A stretch of 61,991 nucleotides of DNA, counting the filler, from Chiloscyllium plagiosum (lineage: Eukaryota): assembly GCF_004010195.1 (NCBI RefSeq). It is 3 parts of one record of this genome, joined end to end, with 100 filler letters (N's around TTAATTAATTAA, not from the genome) between each part and the next. Parts side by side here need not be neighbours in the genome. Positions count along the whole stretch, not along the records: positions 7,391 to 32,164 come from NC_057713.1; 2 more parts are not named here. One strand, 5' to 3'. Shown here piece after piece: positions 11,554-24,595 of the stretch (positions are counted from its first letter, which is position 1; each line of letters opens with the position of its first letter). A program made the translations under genes and the position numbers. Below the pieces are notes generated by a model. It made no database searches. It saw only the letters and a program-made list of their open reading frames with translations, and was not told the DNA's origin.

Positions 11554-14500
11554 CCTGCGTTCGCACCACGGCCTGCGTTCGCACCGCAGCCTGTGTTCGC
11601 ACCTCGCCCTGTGTTCACACCGCGGCCTGCGTTCGCACCTCGCCCTGCGTGCGCACCGCGGCCTGCGTTCGCACCGCGGCCTGCGTTCGCACCGCAGCCT
11701 GTGTTCGCACCGCGGCCTGTGTTTGCACCTCGCCATGTTTGCACCGCGACCTGTGTTCACACCGCGGCCTGCGTTCACAACACGGCCTGCGTTCATACCG
11801 TGGCCTGTGTTCGCACCTCGCCCTGTGTTCACACCGCAGCCTGTGATCGCAACGCGGCCTGTATTCACACCGCGGCCTGCGTTCGCACCGCGGCCTGCGT
11901 TCGCACCGCGGCCTGCGATCGCACCGCGGCCTGCAATCGCACCGCGGCCTGCGATCGCACCGCGGCCTGCGTTCACACCGCAGCCTGCATTCACACCTCG
12001 CCCTGCGTTCGCACTGCAGCCTGTGTTCGCACCGCAGCCTGTGTTCGCACCTCGCCCTGTGTTCGCACTGCAGCCTGCATTCGCACCGCAGCCTGTGTTC
12101 ACACCTCGCCATGTTTGCACCGCAGCCTGTGTTTGCACCGCGACCTGTGTACACACCGCGGCCTGCATTCATAACACGACCTGCGTTCACACCGTGGCCT
12201 GTGTTCTCCCCTCGCCCTGTGTTCACACCGCAGCCTGTGTTCGCACCTCGCCCTGTGTTCACACCACAGCCTGTGATCGCACCGCGGCCGGTGTTCACAC
12301 CGCAGCCTGTGATCGCACCGCGGCCTGTGCTCGCACCGCGGCCTGTGTTCGCACCGCGGCCTGTGTTCGCACCTCGCCCTGTGTTCGCACCGTGGCCTGT
12401 ATTCGCACCGCAGCCTGTGTTTGCACCGTGACCTGTGTTCACACCATGGCCTGTGTTCGCACCGCGACCTGTGTTCACACCATGGCCTGTGTTCACCCCT
12501 CGCCCTGCGTTCGCACCGCGGCCTGCGTTCACACCGCGGCCTGCGTTCACACCGCGGCCTGCGTTCACACCGTGGCCTGCGTTCACACCGCGGCCTGCGT
12601 TCACACCGCGGCCAGTGTTCGCACCGCGGCCTGTGTTCACACCGCGGCCTGTGTTCACAACTCGCTCTGTGTTCACACCGCAGCCTGTGTTCACCCCGCG
12701 GCCTGTGTTCACAACTCGCCCAGTGTTCGCACCGCGGCCTGTCTTCACACCGCGGCCTGTGTTTACACCGCGGCCTGCATTCACAACGCGGCTTGCATTT
12801 GCACCGTGGCCTGCGTTCGCACCGCGGCCTGCGTTCACAACGCGGCCTGCGTTCACAACGCGGCCTGTGTTCACAACGCGGCCTGTGTTCACAACGCGGC
12901 CTGTGTTTCGAACTCGCCCTGTGTTCACACTGTGGCCTGTGTGTTCACAACTCGCCCTGTGTTCATACCGCGGCCTGTGTTCGCACCGCAGCCTGTGTTC
13001 ACAACTCGCCCTGTGTTCACACCGCGGCCTGTGTTCGCACCGCAGCCTGTGTTCACAACTCGCCCTGTGTTCACACCGCGGCCTGTGTTCGCACCGCAGC
13101 CTGTGTTCACAACTCGCCCTGTGTTCACACCGCGGCCTGTGTTCGCACCGCAGCCTGTGTTCACAACTCGCCCTGTGTTCACACCGCGGCCTGTGTTCGC
13201 ACCGCAGCCTGTGTTCACAACTCGGCGGCCTGCGTTCACAACGCGGCCTGTGTTCACAACGCGGCCTGTGTTCACAACGCGGCCTGTGTTCACAACGCGG
13301 CCTGTGTTCACACTGTGGCCTGTGTGTTCACAACTCGCCCTGTGTTCATACCGCGGCCTGTGTTCACACCGCGCCCTGTGTTCGCACCGCAGCCTGTGTT
13401 CACAACTCGCCCTGTGTTTACACCGCGCCCTGTGTTCGCACCGCAGCCTGTGTTCACAACTCGCCCTGTGTTTACACCACGGCCTGTGTTCACACCTCGC
13501 CCTATGTTTGCACCGCGGCCTGTGTTCACACCGCGGCCTGTGTTCGCACCGCGGCCTGTCTTCACACTGTGGCCTGTGTTCACAACTCGCCCAGTGTTCG
13601 AACCGCGGCCTGTGTTCACACTGTGGCCTGTGTTCACAACTCGCCCAGTGTTCGAACCGCGGCCTGTGTTCACAACTCGCCCTGTCTTCACACTGCAGCC
13701 TCTGTTCGCACAACGGCCTGTGTTCACACCCTGGCCTGTGTTCGCCCCGCGGTCTGTGTTCACACCTCGCCCTATGTTTGCACTGCGGCCTGTGTTCACA
13801 CCGCGGCCTGTGTTCACCCCTCGCCCTGTATTTGCACTGCAGCCTGTTTTCACACCGCGGCCTGTGTTCACAACTCGCCCTGTGTTCACACTGCGGCCTG
13901 TGTTCACAACTCGCCCTGTGTTCACAGCGCGGCCTGCGTTCACAGCGCTGCCTGCGTTCGCACCGCGGCCTGCGTTCGCACGGCGGCCTATGTTCACAAC
14001 TCGCCCTGTGTTCGCACCGCAGCCTGAGTTCCCAACTCGCCCTGTGTTTGCCCCGCGGCCTGTGTTCACACCGCAGCCCAGTGTTCGCACCGCGGCCTGC
14101 GTTCGCCCCGTGGCCTGCGTTCGCCCCGCGGCCTGCGTTCGCCCCGCGGCCTGCGTTCACACCGCGGCCTGTGTTCACAACTCGTCCTGTCTTCACACTG
14201 CAGCCTCTGTTCGCACAACGGCCTGTGTTCACACCTCGCCCTATGTTTGCACTGCGGCCTGTGTTCACACCCTGGCCTGTGTTCGCACCGTGGCCTGTGT
14301 TCGCCCCGCGGTCTGTGTTCGCACCGTGGCCTGTGTTCGCACCTCGCCCTGTGTTCACACTGCGGCCTGTGTTCTCAACTTGCCCTGTGTTCGCCCCGCG
14401 GCCTGTGTTCGCCCCGCGGCCTGTGTTCGCCCCGCGGCCTGTGTTCGCCCCGCGGCCTGCGTTCACACCGCGGCCTGCGTTCACACCACGGCCTGTGTTC

Positions 14501-16600
14501 ACAACTCGCCCTGTGTTCGCACCGCGGCCTGTCTTCACACTGTGGCCTGTGTTCACACCTCGCCCTATGTTTGCACTGCGGCCTGTGTTCACACCGCGGC
14601 CTGTGTTCGCACCGTGGCCTGTGTTCGCCCCGCGGTCTGTGTTCGCACCGTGGCCTGTGTTCGCACGGTGGCTTGTGTTCACAACTCGCCCTGTGTTCGC
14701 ACCGCGGCCTGTGTTCACACCGTGGCCTGTGTTCACAACTCGCCCTGTCTTCACACTGTGGCCTGTGTTCACACCTCGCCCTATGTTTGCACTGCGGCCT
14801 GTGTTCACACCGTGGCCTGTGTTCGCCCCGCGGCCTGTGTTCACACCGTGGCCTGTGTTCGCCCCGCGGCCTGTGTTCGCACGGTGGCTTGTGTTCACAA
14901 CTCGCCCTGTGTTCACACTGCGGCCTGTGTTCACAACTTGCCCTGTGTTCGCCCCGCGGCCTGTGTTCGCCCCGCGGCCTGTGTTCGCCCCGGGGCCTGT
15001 GTTCGCACCGCGGCCTGTGTTCGCACCGCGGCCTGTGTTCGCACCGCGGCCTGTGTTCACACTGTGGCCTGTGTTCGCACAGCGGCCTGTGTTCACACCT
15101 CGCCGTATGTTCGCACCTCGCCCTGTGTTCACACCGCGGCCTGTGTTCACAACTTGGCCTGTGTTCGCCCCGCGGCCTGTGTTCGCCCCGCGGCCTGTGT
15201 TCGCCCCGCGGCCTGTGTTCGCCCCGCGGCCTGTGTTCGCCCCGCGGCCTGTGTTCGCCCCGCGGCCTGTGTTCGCCCCGCGGCCTGTGTTCGCCCCGCG
15301 GCCTGTGTTCGCCCCGCGGCCTGTGTTCGCCCCGCGGCCTGTGTTCGCCCCGCGGCCTGTGTTCGCCCCGCGGCCTGTGTTCGCCCCGCGGCCTGTGTTC
15401 GCCCCGCGGCCTGTGTTCGCCCCGCGGCCTGTGTTCGCCCCGCGGCCTGTGTTCGCCCCGCGGCCTGTGTTCGCCCCGCGGCCTGTGTTCGCCCCGCGGC
15501 CTGTGTTCGCCCCGCGGCCTGTGTTCGCCCCGCGGCCTGTGTTCGCCCCGCGGCCTGTGTTCGCCCCGCGGCCTGTGTTCGCCCCGCGGCCTGTGTTCGC
15601 CCCGCGGCCTGTGTTCGCCCCGCGGCCTGTGTTCGCCCCGCGGCCTGTGTTCGCCCCGCGGCCTGTGTTCGCCCCGGGCCTGCGTTCACACCGCGGCCTG
15701 CGTTCACACCGCGGCCTGCGTTCACACCGCGGCCTGCGTTCACACCGCGGCCTGCGTTCACACCGCGGCCTGCGTTCACACCGCGGCCTGCGTTCACACC
15801 GCGGCCTGCGTTCACACCGCGGCCTGCGTTCACACCGCGGCCTGCGTTCACACCGCGGCCTGCGTTCACACCGCGGCCTGCGTTCACACCGCGGCCTGCG
15901 TTCACACCGCGGCCTGCGTTCACACCGCGGCCTGCGTTCACACCGCGGCCTGCGTTCACACCGCGGCCTGCGTTCACACCGCGGCCTGCGTTCACACCGC
16001 GGCCTGCGTTCACACCGCGGCCTGCGTTCACACCGCGGCCTGCGTTCACACCGCGGCCTGCGTTCACACCGCGGCCTGCGTTCACACCGCGGCCTGCGTT
16101 CACACCGCGGCCTGCGTTCACACCGCGGCCTGCGTTCACAACTCGCCCTGTGTTCGCACCGCGGCCTGTCTTCACACTGTGGCCTGTGTTCACACCGCGG
16201 CCTGAGTTCACACCGTGGCCTGCGTTCACACCGTGGCCTGTGTTCACACCTCGCCCTGCGTTCACACCTCGCCCTGCGTTCACACCTCGCCCTGCGTTCA
16301 CAACTCGCCCTGTCTTCACACCGCGGCCTGTGTTCACACCGCGGCCTGTGTTCGCACCTCGCCCTGTGTTCGCACCGCAGCCTGTGTTCACACTGTGGCC
16401 TGTGTTCACAACTCGCCCAGTGTTCGAACCGCGGCCTGTGTTCACACCGCGGCCTGAGTTCACACCTCGCCGTATGTTCACACCTCGCCCTGTATTTACA
16501 CCGCGGCCTGCGTTCACACCGTGGCCTGGGTTCACACCACGGCCTGCGTTCACACCGCGGCCTGCGTTCACACCGCGGCCTGCGTTCACACCGCGGCCTG
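11554..16600. repeat. ~5 kb 18-bp GC/CpG-rich minisatellite (consensus CCGCGGCCTGTGTTCRCA), about 280 units, intronic
   Basis: Direct reading; accounts for all overlapping repetitive ORFs at 11311-16759. Confidence 0.97.
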
Positions 16601-17249
16601 GGTATGTGCCTGCTTTTGCTGGCTGTAAATTATCCAATCCATTATCTGTGTGTGATGCCCCCTGCTGGACACAGTGATGCCCCCTGCTGGCAGCCCTGGG
16701 GACAGAGCACCAGTTACATAGAGGAGATGTTTCAACGGGATGGAGATAAGTCGAGATAATAGTGTCATGGTGGTTAAATAGTGAATAGGATGGGAGTGGA
16801 GTTGCACATGGAAGGGGTATCAGTCATGCCAGAATATTCTGTGGCTGTTGTGTCATCACCCTCTTGGTGAGGGGCCATGGCTCAGCCTCTGACTTTCTAG
16901 TGAAAACAATTCAAGTTTGTCCAATCTGTCCTGAAGCTAATACACATACCCGGTGAGGAACCTTACCAGATTCTCCGTACTTGTCCAGCAGTACAGCAGC
17001 CTTTTAAAGATGGCGTGGGTTCAAGGGACATTATTTTTAGGCAAATATCTTCTCAGTGGTAAATAATCCAGGGACAAAGCACGGTAGGATGGGAATAGAA
17101 TCAGTTAAGGAGGTGACATAAAGTGGGGTAGGTCGATAATGGGATGAGTTTGAAATCTCATGAGGTCTTGAGACGAAAAACTCTCCAGAAAATAAAACCC
17201 AACTTGTACTTTATCAAAAAGACAGAATATTCAGCCCAAGGTGTCTGTA

Positions 17250-17770
17250 CATACTGAATCAACATCACATTCACAGAGAGATCTGACTTCGCTCAGCCCA
17301 TTTTCCAGCTTTGGTCCATACTCCTGAAGCGAATACAATATACTATTTAAAATATGGTAACATTTTCTGACTCAATCACCATTACAGGCAGTGAGTTCCA
17401 GACTCTTACCATTCTCGAGGTGAAACTATTTCTCCATCACTCTCTGCATGGCCTTCAACCTTCACCTTAAGTTGATTGTCTCTGGTTGTTGACCAATGGG
17501 GTCAGTTCCTTCCTGTCAATTTATCATCTCTTCTTTCAATCTCCTCTCCTCTAATGGAAACAACTCCAGTCTGTCCAATCTCTCTCCATAATTGACATCT
17601 TCCAGTCCAGGCGACATCCTGGTAACTCTCCTCTGCACCCTCTGCAAAGCTATCACATCCCTCCCATAATGTGGATTCCAGAACTGCACACAATACTCTT
17701 GCTGTGACCTCACCAATGTATTATACTGTTCCAACATCACCTCCCTGCTCTTCAACTTTGGGTTTTGATT
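17250..17770 (-). mobile_element. CR1-type LINE 3' fragment
   Basis: LVRSQQEYCVQFWNPHY...RVQRRVTRM in ORF 17516-17833. Confidence 0.75.
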
Positions 17771-18060
17771 AATACAGACAAGTATCTCAAATGAAACTTT
17801 GGTGCTAGAAAAGCGCAGCAGGTCAGGCCGCATCCAAGGAGCAGGAGAATCAATATTTTGGGCATCAGCTCTTCATTAGGAATGAGGCTTGTGCCTGAAA
17901 CGTCGATTCTCCTTCCCCTCGGATGCAGCCTGACCTGCTGTGCTTTTTCCAGCACTACACTCTCAACTCTGATCTTCATCATCTGCAGTCCTCACTTTCT
18001 CCCACTATCCCATATGTCTTCTACACCACATTATCCACTTGTCGTGGGTCACCATGTGCC

Positions 18061-18102
18061 AGAGAGAGAGAGAGAGAGAGAGAGAGTGAGAGAGAGAGAG
18101 AG
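18061..18102. repeat. (AG)n microsatellite
   Basis: Direct reading. Confidence 0.9.
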
Positions 18103-18196
18103 AAGCAGGAAAAAAAAGAGTGAGAGAGTGTGTAGTTCAGGACTTGGTGGTGATAAGAGATCAGTGTCACTGGTAAGAATCAGTTGGCTGTCTGAC

Positions 18197-18342
18197 CTGG
18201 AAGAGGAGCCCATCCTGACAGTAACATCCAGGGCTGCAGTTCCGACTCAACTCCTTTCCCGCACTGAGCTCTGTGCAAGTTTCAGGTCCGACTGAACAAT
18301 CTCGCCACACAGTCCCATCAGAGCAGTTCAATTGATGGGCTT
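18197..18342 (-). CDS. SSPO: SCO-spondin exon, TIL domain
   Basis: gataacag|AA...CAG|GTCAGA, 146 nt, phase 1-0; EAHQLNCSDGTVWRDCSVGPETCTELSAGKELSRNCSPGCYCQDGLLFQ. Confidence 0.9.
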
Positions 18343-18507
18343 CTGTTATCAACAAAGAACAAGGGAAGGGAACAGAGTGGGTTATTAGCCAAGTACAATC
18401 CAACAGCAGGCAAATAGACATCTCCCACAGCTCAGCACAGTTATCAAATCCATCCTCATCAACAGAGGAGAGTCAACAGACACACAACATATTCTCTTAA
18501 TCACACA

Positions 18508-18742
18508 CACTCCCTCAGCACTGACACTCCAACAGTGCCCACTCCCTCAACACTGACCCTCCAACAGTGCCCACTTCCTCAGCACTGACCCTCCAGCAGT
18601 GCGGCACTCCCTCAGCACCGACCCTCCAGCAGTGCGGCACTCCCTCAGCACCGACCCTCCGACAGTGCGGCACTCCCTCAGCACCGACCCTCCGACAGTG
18701 CGGCACTCCCTCAGCACCGACCCTCCGACAGTGCGGCACTCC
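18508..18742. repeat. 33-bp minisatellite (CACTCCCTCAGCACYGACCCTCCRRCAGTGCGG), about 7 units
   Basis: Direct reading; lies in a short SSPO intron. Confidence 0.9.
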
Positions 18743-18848
18743 ATCACTAACTGAGTATGGAGCATTCAGAGTGAGACAGTATTCCCTGCCAGTTATGTTT
18801 CTTGGGGACCCTGATGTTCAGTGGCTATTTCCCCCAGTTAGCACTTAC

Positions 18849-18977
18849 CACATGGCTGGTTGTTACAGCTGGTCAGCTGACTGCTTTGTGACGAGATATT
18901 TACTCGCGTTCGGTTCCTGAAACCCCCACCACAAGAGACAGAACATTCTGACCATTGACCCCACTCACTCCACACTC
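18849..18977 (-). CDS. SSPO: SCO-spondin exon, short four-cysteine TSP1 repeat
   Basis: tttgccccag|GA...G|GTAAGT, 129 nt, phase 1-1; [42 protein letters not shown]. Not in the ORF track. Confidence 0.9.
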
Positions 18978-19079
18978 CTGGGGCAAACAGGGACAGGAAA
19001 GAAAGTTAGACATCCTGCAATGACACCATGTTTAACCTCAAAGGGACTTAGGAGCTCCTTCCGGAATCTCCTAAACACT

Positions 19080-20143
19080 AGTGAATACAATCCTAACCAG
19101 ATTACAGAGAATACAGTCCTAACCTGATTCAGTGAATACAGTCCTAACCCGATTACAGTGAATACAGTCCTAACCCAATTACAGTGAATACAGTCCTAAC
19201 CTGATTACAGTGAATACAGTCCTAACCCAAATACAGTGAATACAGTCCTAACCCAATTACAGAGAATACAGTCCTAACCTGATTCAGTGAATACAGTCCT
19301 AACCCGGTTACAGTGAATACAGTCCTAACCCAATTACAGAGAATACAGTCCTAACCTGATTCAGTGAATACAGTCCTAACCCGATTCAGTGAATACAGTC
19401 CTAACCCAATTACAGTGAATACAGTCCTAACCCAATTACAGAGAATACAGTCCTAACCCAATTACAGTGAATACAGTCCTAACGCGATTCAGTGAATACA
19501 GTCCTAACCTGATTACAGAGAATACAGTCCTAACCCAATTACAGTGAATACAGTCCTAACCCAATTATAGTGAATACAGTCCTAACGCGATTCAGTGAAT
19601 ACAGTCCTAACCTGATTACAGTGAATACAGTCCTAACCTGATTACAGTGAATAGAGTCCTTACCTGATTACAGTGATTACAGTCCTAACCCAATTACAGT
19701 GAATACAGTCCTAACCCAATTACAGTGAACACAGTCCTAACCCAATTACAGTGAATACAGTCCTAACCCAACCTGATTACAGTGAAAACAGTCCTAAACC
19801 CAATACAGGGAATACAGTCCTAACCCAATTACAGTGAATACAGTCCTAACCTGATTACAGTGAATACAGTCCTAACCCAATTACAGTGAATACAGTCCAA
19901 ACCTGATTCAGTGAATACAGTCCAAACCTGATTCAGTGAATACAGTCCTAACCCAATTACAGTGAATACAGTCCTAACCCAATTACAGTGAATACAGTCC
20001 TAACCCAATTACAGTGAATACAGTCCTTACCTGATTCAGTGAATACAGTCCTAACCCAATTACGGTGAATGCAGTCCTAACCCGATTACGGTGAATACAG
20101 TCCTAACCCGATTACGATGAATACAGTCCTAACCTGATTACAG
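19080..20143. repeat. 25/26-bp minisatellite (AGTGAATACAGTCCTAACCCAATTAC), about 41 units
   Basis: Direct reading; flanks on both sides continue as CR1 sequence. Confidence 0.95.
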
Positions 20144-20800
20144 TGTCTCTTCAAATGTCAATTCTGTCATCCCAGGAATCAATCTGGCAAATATTTGCTG
20201 CATTCCCTCCACCACCTGGATATCCTTCCTTAGCTTAGGAGACCGAAGCTGCTCACAATATTCCAGGTTGGTCTCACCAAGGCCCTGTATAATTGCACAA
20301 GACACCCCCATTCCTGTACTCGCTATGAAGACCATTTGCCTCCTTCATTGTCTGCTGCACCTGCAATGTTTACTTTCAGCAAAAGGTTGACAATGACACC
20401 TAGGTTTCATTGCACTTCCCTCTTTCCCAATTTACCACCAATAATCTGTCTTCCTGGTTTTTTTCTGTCAAAGTAGATATCCACATTATTATGCATCTGC
20501 CATGTATTAGCCCACTGCCCAAGCCTATTCAAATCACAATGCAACATCTCTGCATCCTCCTCAAAGCTCACCCTCCCACCCAGCATTGGGTCATCTGCTC
20601 ACTTGATTTAGTACAGTCAGTTTCTTTATCGAAATCGTTAATAGATACTGTGAGTAGTTGTGAGTAGTTGGGGTCCTAGCACTGACCTCTGTGATATCCT
20701 ATTAGTGTCTGCTATTAGGAAAAATACCCGTTTATTCCACTCTTTGTTTCCTGACTGCTAACTGGTTCACTGTCCATCTCAATACACTATCCCCAATCAC
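20144..20800 (-). mobile_element. Degenerate CR1-type LINE RT fragment
   Basis: LEYCEQLRSPKLRKDIQVVEGMQQIFARLIPGM remnant. Confidence 0.7.
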
Positions 20801-20874
20801 AGACACTAACCTTGCCTTCCCCTCTCTAAACCTGTTGCTGGTTTTGACCTTGGAGATGTGCAGATGTTACTCAC

Positions 20875-21045
20875 TGTCACAGAGCTGCAGACTGCAATAC
20901 TCCATTTCCATCATGTCACCCTCACACTCTCTCCCACCCAATGCTGCAGGAGGGTTTGTGGGTGATCGGAATCTCCTTCTGGATCCAACGTCACAGCTTC
21001 TACTGCAGGAACTCCACGGTGTCCAGCGGCTCCATGCACAGTCCA
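20875..21045 (-). CDS. SSPO: SCO-spondin exon, TSP1 repeat
   Basis: cattgcag|TG...A|GTGAGT, 171 nt, phase 1-1; [57 protein letters not shown]. Confidence 0.93.
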
Positions 21046-21579
21046 CTGCAATGGGAAGATGTAGGGAAACACAGAAAACAGGGAAAAGTGGGAAATAATG
21101 GGGTAACAAGGAAATGTGTGAAAACATGTGGGAAATGTGGGAAATATGGGAATGTGGCAAAACAAGTATCAGCATGGAATGCAAATGGAACAACCAAAAT
21201 TAACAAGGAATCAGGGACATTTATTTGATTGGATCTTCATTGGATCTGATTATAACCACAAGCAAAGAAATCCAGAATTTTGATAACAATCCACTCCTTT
21301 TCTTCATAAGAATCCACCTATCTCGGTGAAAAAATATTCAAAGACTCTGCTTCAAGCACCTTTCAGAAAGACAGCTCCAAATACACTCAATTGTTTGAGA
21401 GAAAAGAAATCACCTCATCTGTGTTTTAAATGAGCACACCCTGATTTTCAAACAGTGACTCCTAGTTCTAGATTCTCCCACAAGAGGCAACAAGTTGTCC
21501 ACATCTACACTGTTGACCCTTCTGGTCCCTACATGTTTCAGTCAAGTCACTTCTTGTTCTCCTTGACTCCAGTGGGTAC

Positions 21580-22613
21580 CAAGTCCACCTCAGGAAGTCC
21601 CAGATGGCCTCCTTCTTCCATGATTGCAACTTCCCTTCCCACGTATGACGATGCCCTCCAGCGGATCTTTATCACTTCACACACCACTGCCCTCCCAACG
21701 CAACAAGGATAAAATCCCCCTGGTCCCCACCTTCTACCCCACCAACCTCCACACACATCGCATCATCCTCCACCACTTCTGCTACCTTCAAATGGACCCC
21801 ACCACCAAAGGTAGATTTCCCTCCTTACCCGTATCAGTGTTCCGGAGAGACCATTCCCTCCGTGACTCCCTCATCAGGTCCACGCCCACCCATCAGCCCA
21901 CACCCCACTCCTGGCACCTTTCCCTGCCACTGCAGGAAGTGCAAAACCTGTACCCACACCACTCCCCTCACCACCGTCCAAGGCCCCAAGGGATCCTTCC
22001 ACATCCATCAGAAATTTACCTGTACCTCTACCAATGTTATCTACTGCATCCGTTGCACCCGGTGTGGTCTCCTCTACATCGGGGAGACAGAAAGCCTTCT
22101 TGCAGATCAATCCAGAAAACATCGCTGGGACACCTGCACCCACCAACCCCACTGCCCCGTGGCTGAATACTTCAACTCCCCCTCCCACTCCGTCAAGGAA
22201 AATCAGGACCTAGGCCTACTCCACTGCCAAACCTTTACCACTTGATGCCTTGGGACCCTGCAACCACACGGGATAAATGTGGATTTAAATAGCTTCCTCA
22301 TTTCCCTCCCCCACCTTATCACAGTCTCAAGCCTCCACTCGGCACCGCCCTCTGGACCTGTCCATCACTCCCCCACTGACCTATCACCTTCTCCCTCACC
22401 TTTATCCACCTATCACTTTCTCAGCTACCTTCCCCCAGCCCCACCTACATCTCAATTATCTATCAGCCCCCCGGTCCACAAGCCTCATTCCAGATGAAGG
22501 GCTTATGCCCGAAATGTTGGTTCTCCTGCTCCTCAGATGCTGCCTGACCGGATGTGCTTTTCCAGCACCACTCTCTTCACTCTGATCTCCAGCATCTGCA
22601 GTCCTCAGTTTCT
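21580..22613 (+). mobile_element. Penelope-like retroelement, 5'-truncated, GIY-YIG endonuclease region
   Basis: PGTFPCHCRKCKTC...FTCTSTNVIYCIRCTRCGLLYIGET; decayed hammerhead motif ~22490-22520; 12-bp duplication TCCAGTGGGTAC at 21568-21579 and 22614-22625; inserted into an older minus-strand CR1 fragment. Confidence 0.88.
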
Positions 22614-23544
22614 TCCAGTGGGTACAAACCAAATTTGTCCAGTTTTACCTCATAAGACAACCCCGCCATTCCAGGCATGAGCCTGGTAAACCTTCTCCAA
22701 ACTGCCTTCAGTATATTTATAGCATTCCTCACATACAGAGACCAATATCCCCATAGTCCTCCAGATGTGGTCTCACCAATGCTCTGTGTAACTGAAGCAT
22801 GATCTCACTAAGTTCTGTATTCATGTCCCCCCATGATAAATGATAACATTTCATGAGCTTTCCTGATTACAGACTAACCTTCTGTGGTTCATACACGTGG
22901 ACATCCAGATCTCTCGGAGTCTCAGAGTTCTGCAACCTCTTCCCATTTAGATAACCTGCTTCTTTTTTATTGTTTCTGCCAAAATGGCAATTTTACTCTT
23001 TCCCACATTATACTATCTTTGCCCGGGACCATTCGGAGCTGAGGCTGGAGTGAAGGATACCGAGCAGAGGGTGAGAGGGAAGGGGGAGAGTGGAAGGAGG
23101 GTTTGAGGATTGTGAGAATGGGAAGGGGATGGGTATTAGAGTGAGGGAGGAAGAGGTGGAGTCAGAGGGGAGAGATGGGTGGATCAGAAGGTTGTGATAT
23201 GATGGGATGGAATAAGTCAGGCAAGGCCAAGGGGTTCAGGGATGATGTACGGAGGTGAGTGACTGATGCCACAATAACTCATTGTGAGTTAAAGAATAAG
23301 CTTTCCAACTCCAGGTCTAATTCTGAAAACCCTGACCAAACTCCAGCAAGTCTCCCTGCCACATGTTCTCTTCCATCATCATTAGAGGAGATGCTATTCC
23401 CAGCCTCATTTACCCTGACAAAGTTCCAGACCACATTGGGGAGAGAGGCTCAGGAAGGGGATGAGGGTATGGATCAGATGGGGAAGTGTTAGTAACAGAA
23501 GATGGGATGTAGTCGGTGAGATGAACAGTTGATTTGCTCAGTAC

Positions 23545-23591
23545 CTGCACAGGGAAGATTGCCACAAACCAGGTCTCCAGACAGGCATGTG
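23545..23591 (-). CDS. SSPO: SCO-spondin small exon (end of VWC-like module)
   Basis: ttcccggttacag|C...G|GTACTG, 47 nt, phase 2-1; (C)TCLSGDLVCGNLPCA(V). Completes CNNC and links in frame to the next exon. Confidence 0.88.
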
Positions 23592-23634
23592 CTGTAACCG
23601 GGAAAACAAACACCATTAGTGAGCTATAAAAACC

Positions 23635-24595
23635 GAAATAACTGGGGATGCTGTAAATCAGAAACAAAAACACAAGTTGCTGGTAAAGCTCAGCTGGTCT
23701 GATAGCATCTATGAAGAGAAATCAGAATTAATATTTCGGGTCCAGTCACCTTTCCTCAGAACTGATGGTAGCTTGGAAAATGTTGGTTTATGTGCTGATG
23801 ATAGGGTGGGGGGGAAGGGGTAAGGTGGGGATAGAGCCCAAAGAGAGAGAACAATAGCTGAACAGACAAAGACATTGATAATGATCTGGCTGGGAGGGTG
23901 AATTGTTGTTACTGAGGACTAACTAATGGCTGACAATAGGTAGTGTATAATGACAGACAATGTGATAACAAGGTTTTGTGTGGGGTAGATGTGAGGATAT
24001 GGGGGATTTTAGACCCTAAAATTATTGAACTTGATATTGAGTCCAGAGAGCTGCATGGTGCCCAAGTGGAAAATGAGGTGTTCTTTCAGCTTGTGCTGAG
24101 TTTCACTGGAGCACTGCAGCAAGCCTGAGCCAGAGATGTTGGCCAAGGAACACAGTGGGGTGTTAAAGTGGCAGGTAACTGGAAGTTCTGGACCTTTTTT
24201 GCGGGCAGAACGTAAATGTTCTGCAAAGTGGTCACCCAGTCTACGTTGCGTCTCCCCAATGTAGAGGAACCACATTGGGAGTAGTGAATGCAATAGATTG
24301 GATTGTGAGAAGTGCAGGTAAAGTGCTGCTTCACCTGGAAAGTGTGTTTGAGCCCTTGGACCCTGAGGAGGGGGGAGGTAAATAGGCAGATGTCACACCT
24401 GCGATGGTTGCAGGGTAAGGTGCCATGGGGCTGTTGGGGGAGGGAGGGAATGTTGAGAGTGAAGGAGGAGTGGACCAGGGTGTCCCAGAGGAAACAGTCT
24501 TTGTGGAAGTTGGACAAGGGAGGGGAGGGGAATATGGTTGTAGCATTTCCCTGGAGGTGGTGGAAATGTCATCTGATGATCTTCTGGATGTGGAT
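23635..24595 (-). mobile_element. Penelope-like retroelement (second family), GIY-YIG region
   Basis: HGTLPCNHRRCDIC...FTCTSHNPIYCI / LYIGETQRRLGDHFAEHLRS (frameshifted); hammerhead-like CTGAGGAAAGGTGACTGGACCCGAAATATT at ~23730-23760. Confidence 0.85.

Noticed and set aside
13594..13660. Pol III B-box-like GTTCGAACC in minisatellite variants
   Set aside because: Rare unit variant, imperfect match, and no A box.
11311..16759. Very long ORFs (up to 1678 aa) on both strands
   Set aside because: They arise from an 18-bp stop-free tandem unit that is open in several frames, and the SSPO exons on either side splice in frame without them.
11554..20143. Repeat arrays as CRISPR-like loci
   Set aside because: Head-to-tail units with no unique spacers, no cas genes, and a vertebrate intronic context.
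19080..20143. Interstitial telomeric repeat
   Set aside because: Only a partial CCTAACCC word per unit, with no tandem TTAGGG; origin is explained by CR1.
21862..22245. Cys-rich ORF as an additional SSPO or zinc-finger exon
   Set aside because: Wrong strand for SSPO; it is the Penelope CCHH/GIY-YIG region bounded by a TSD.
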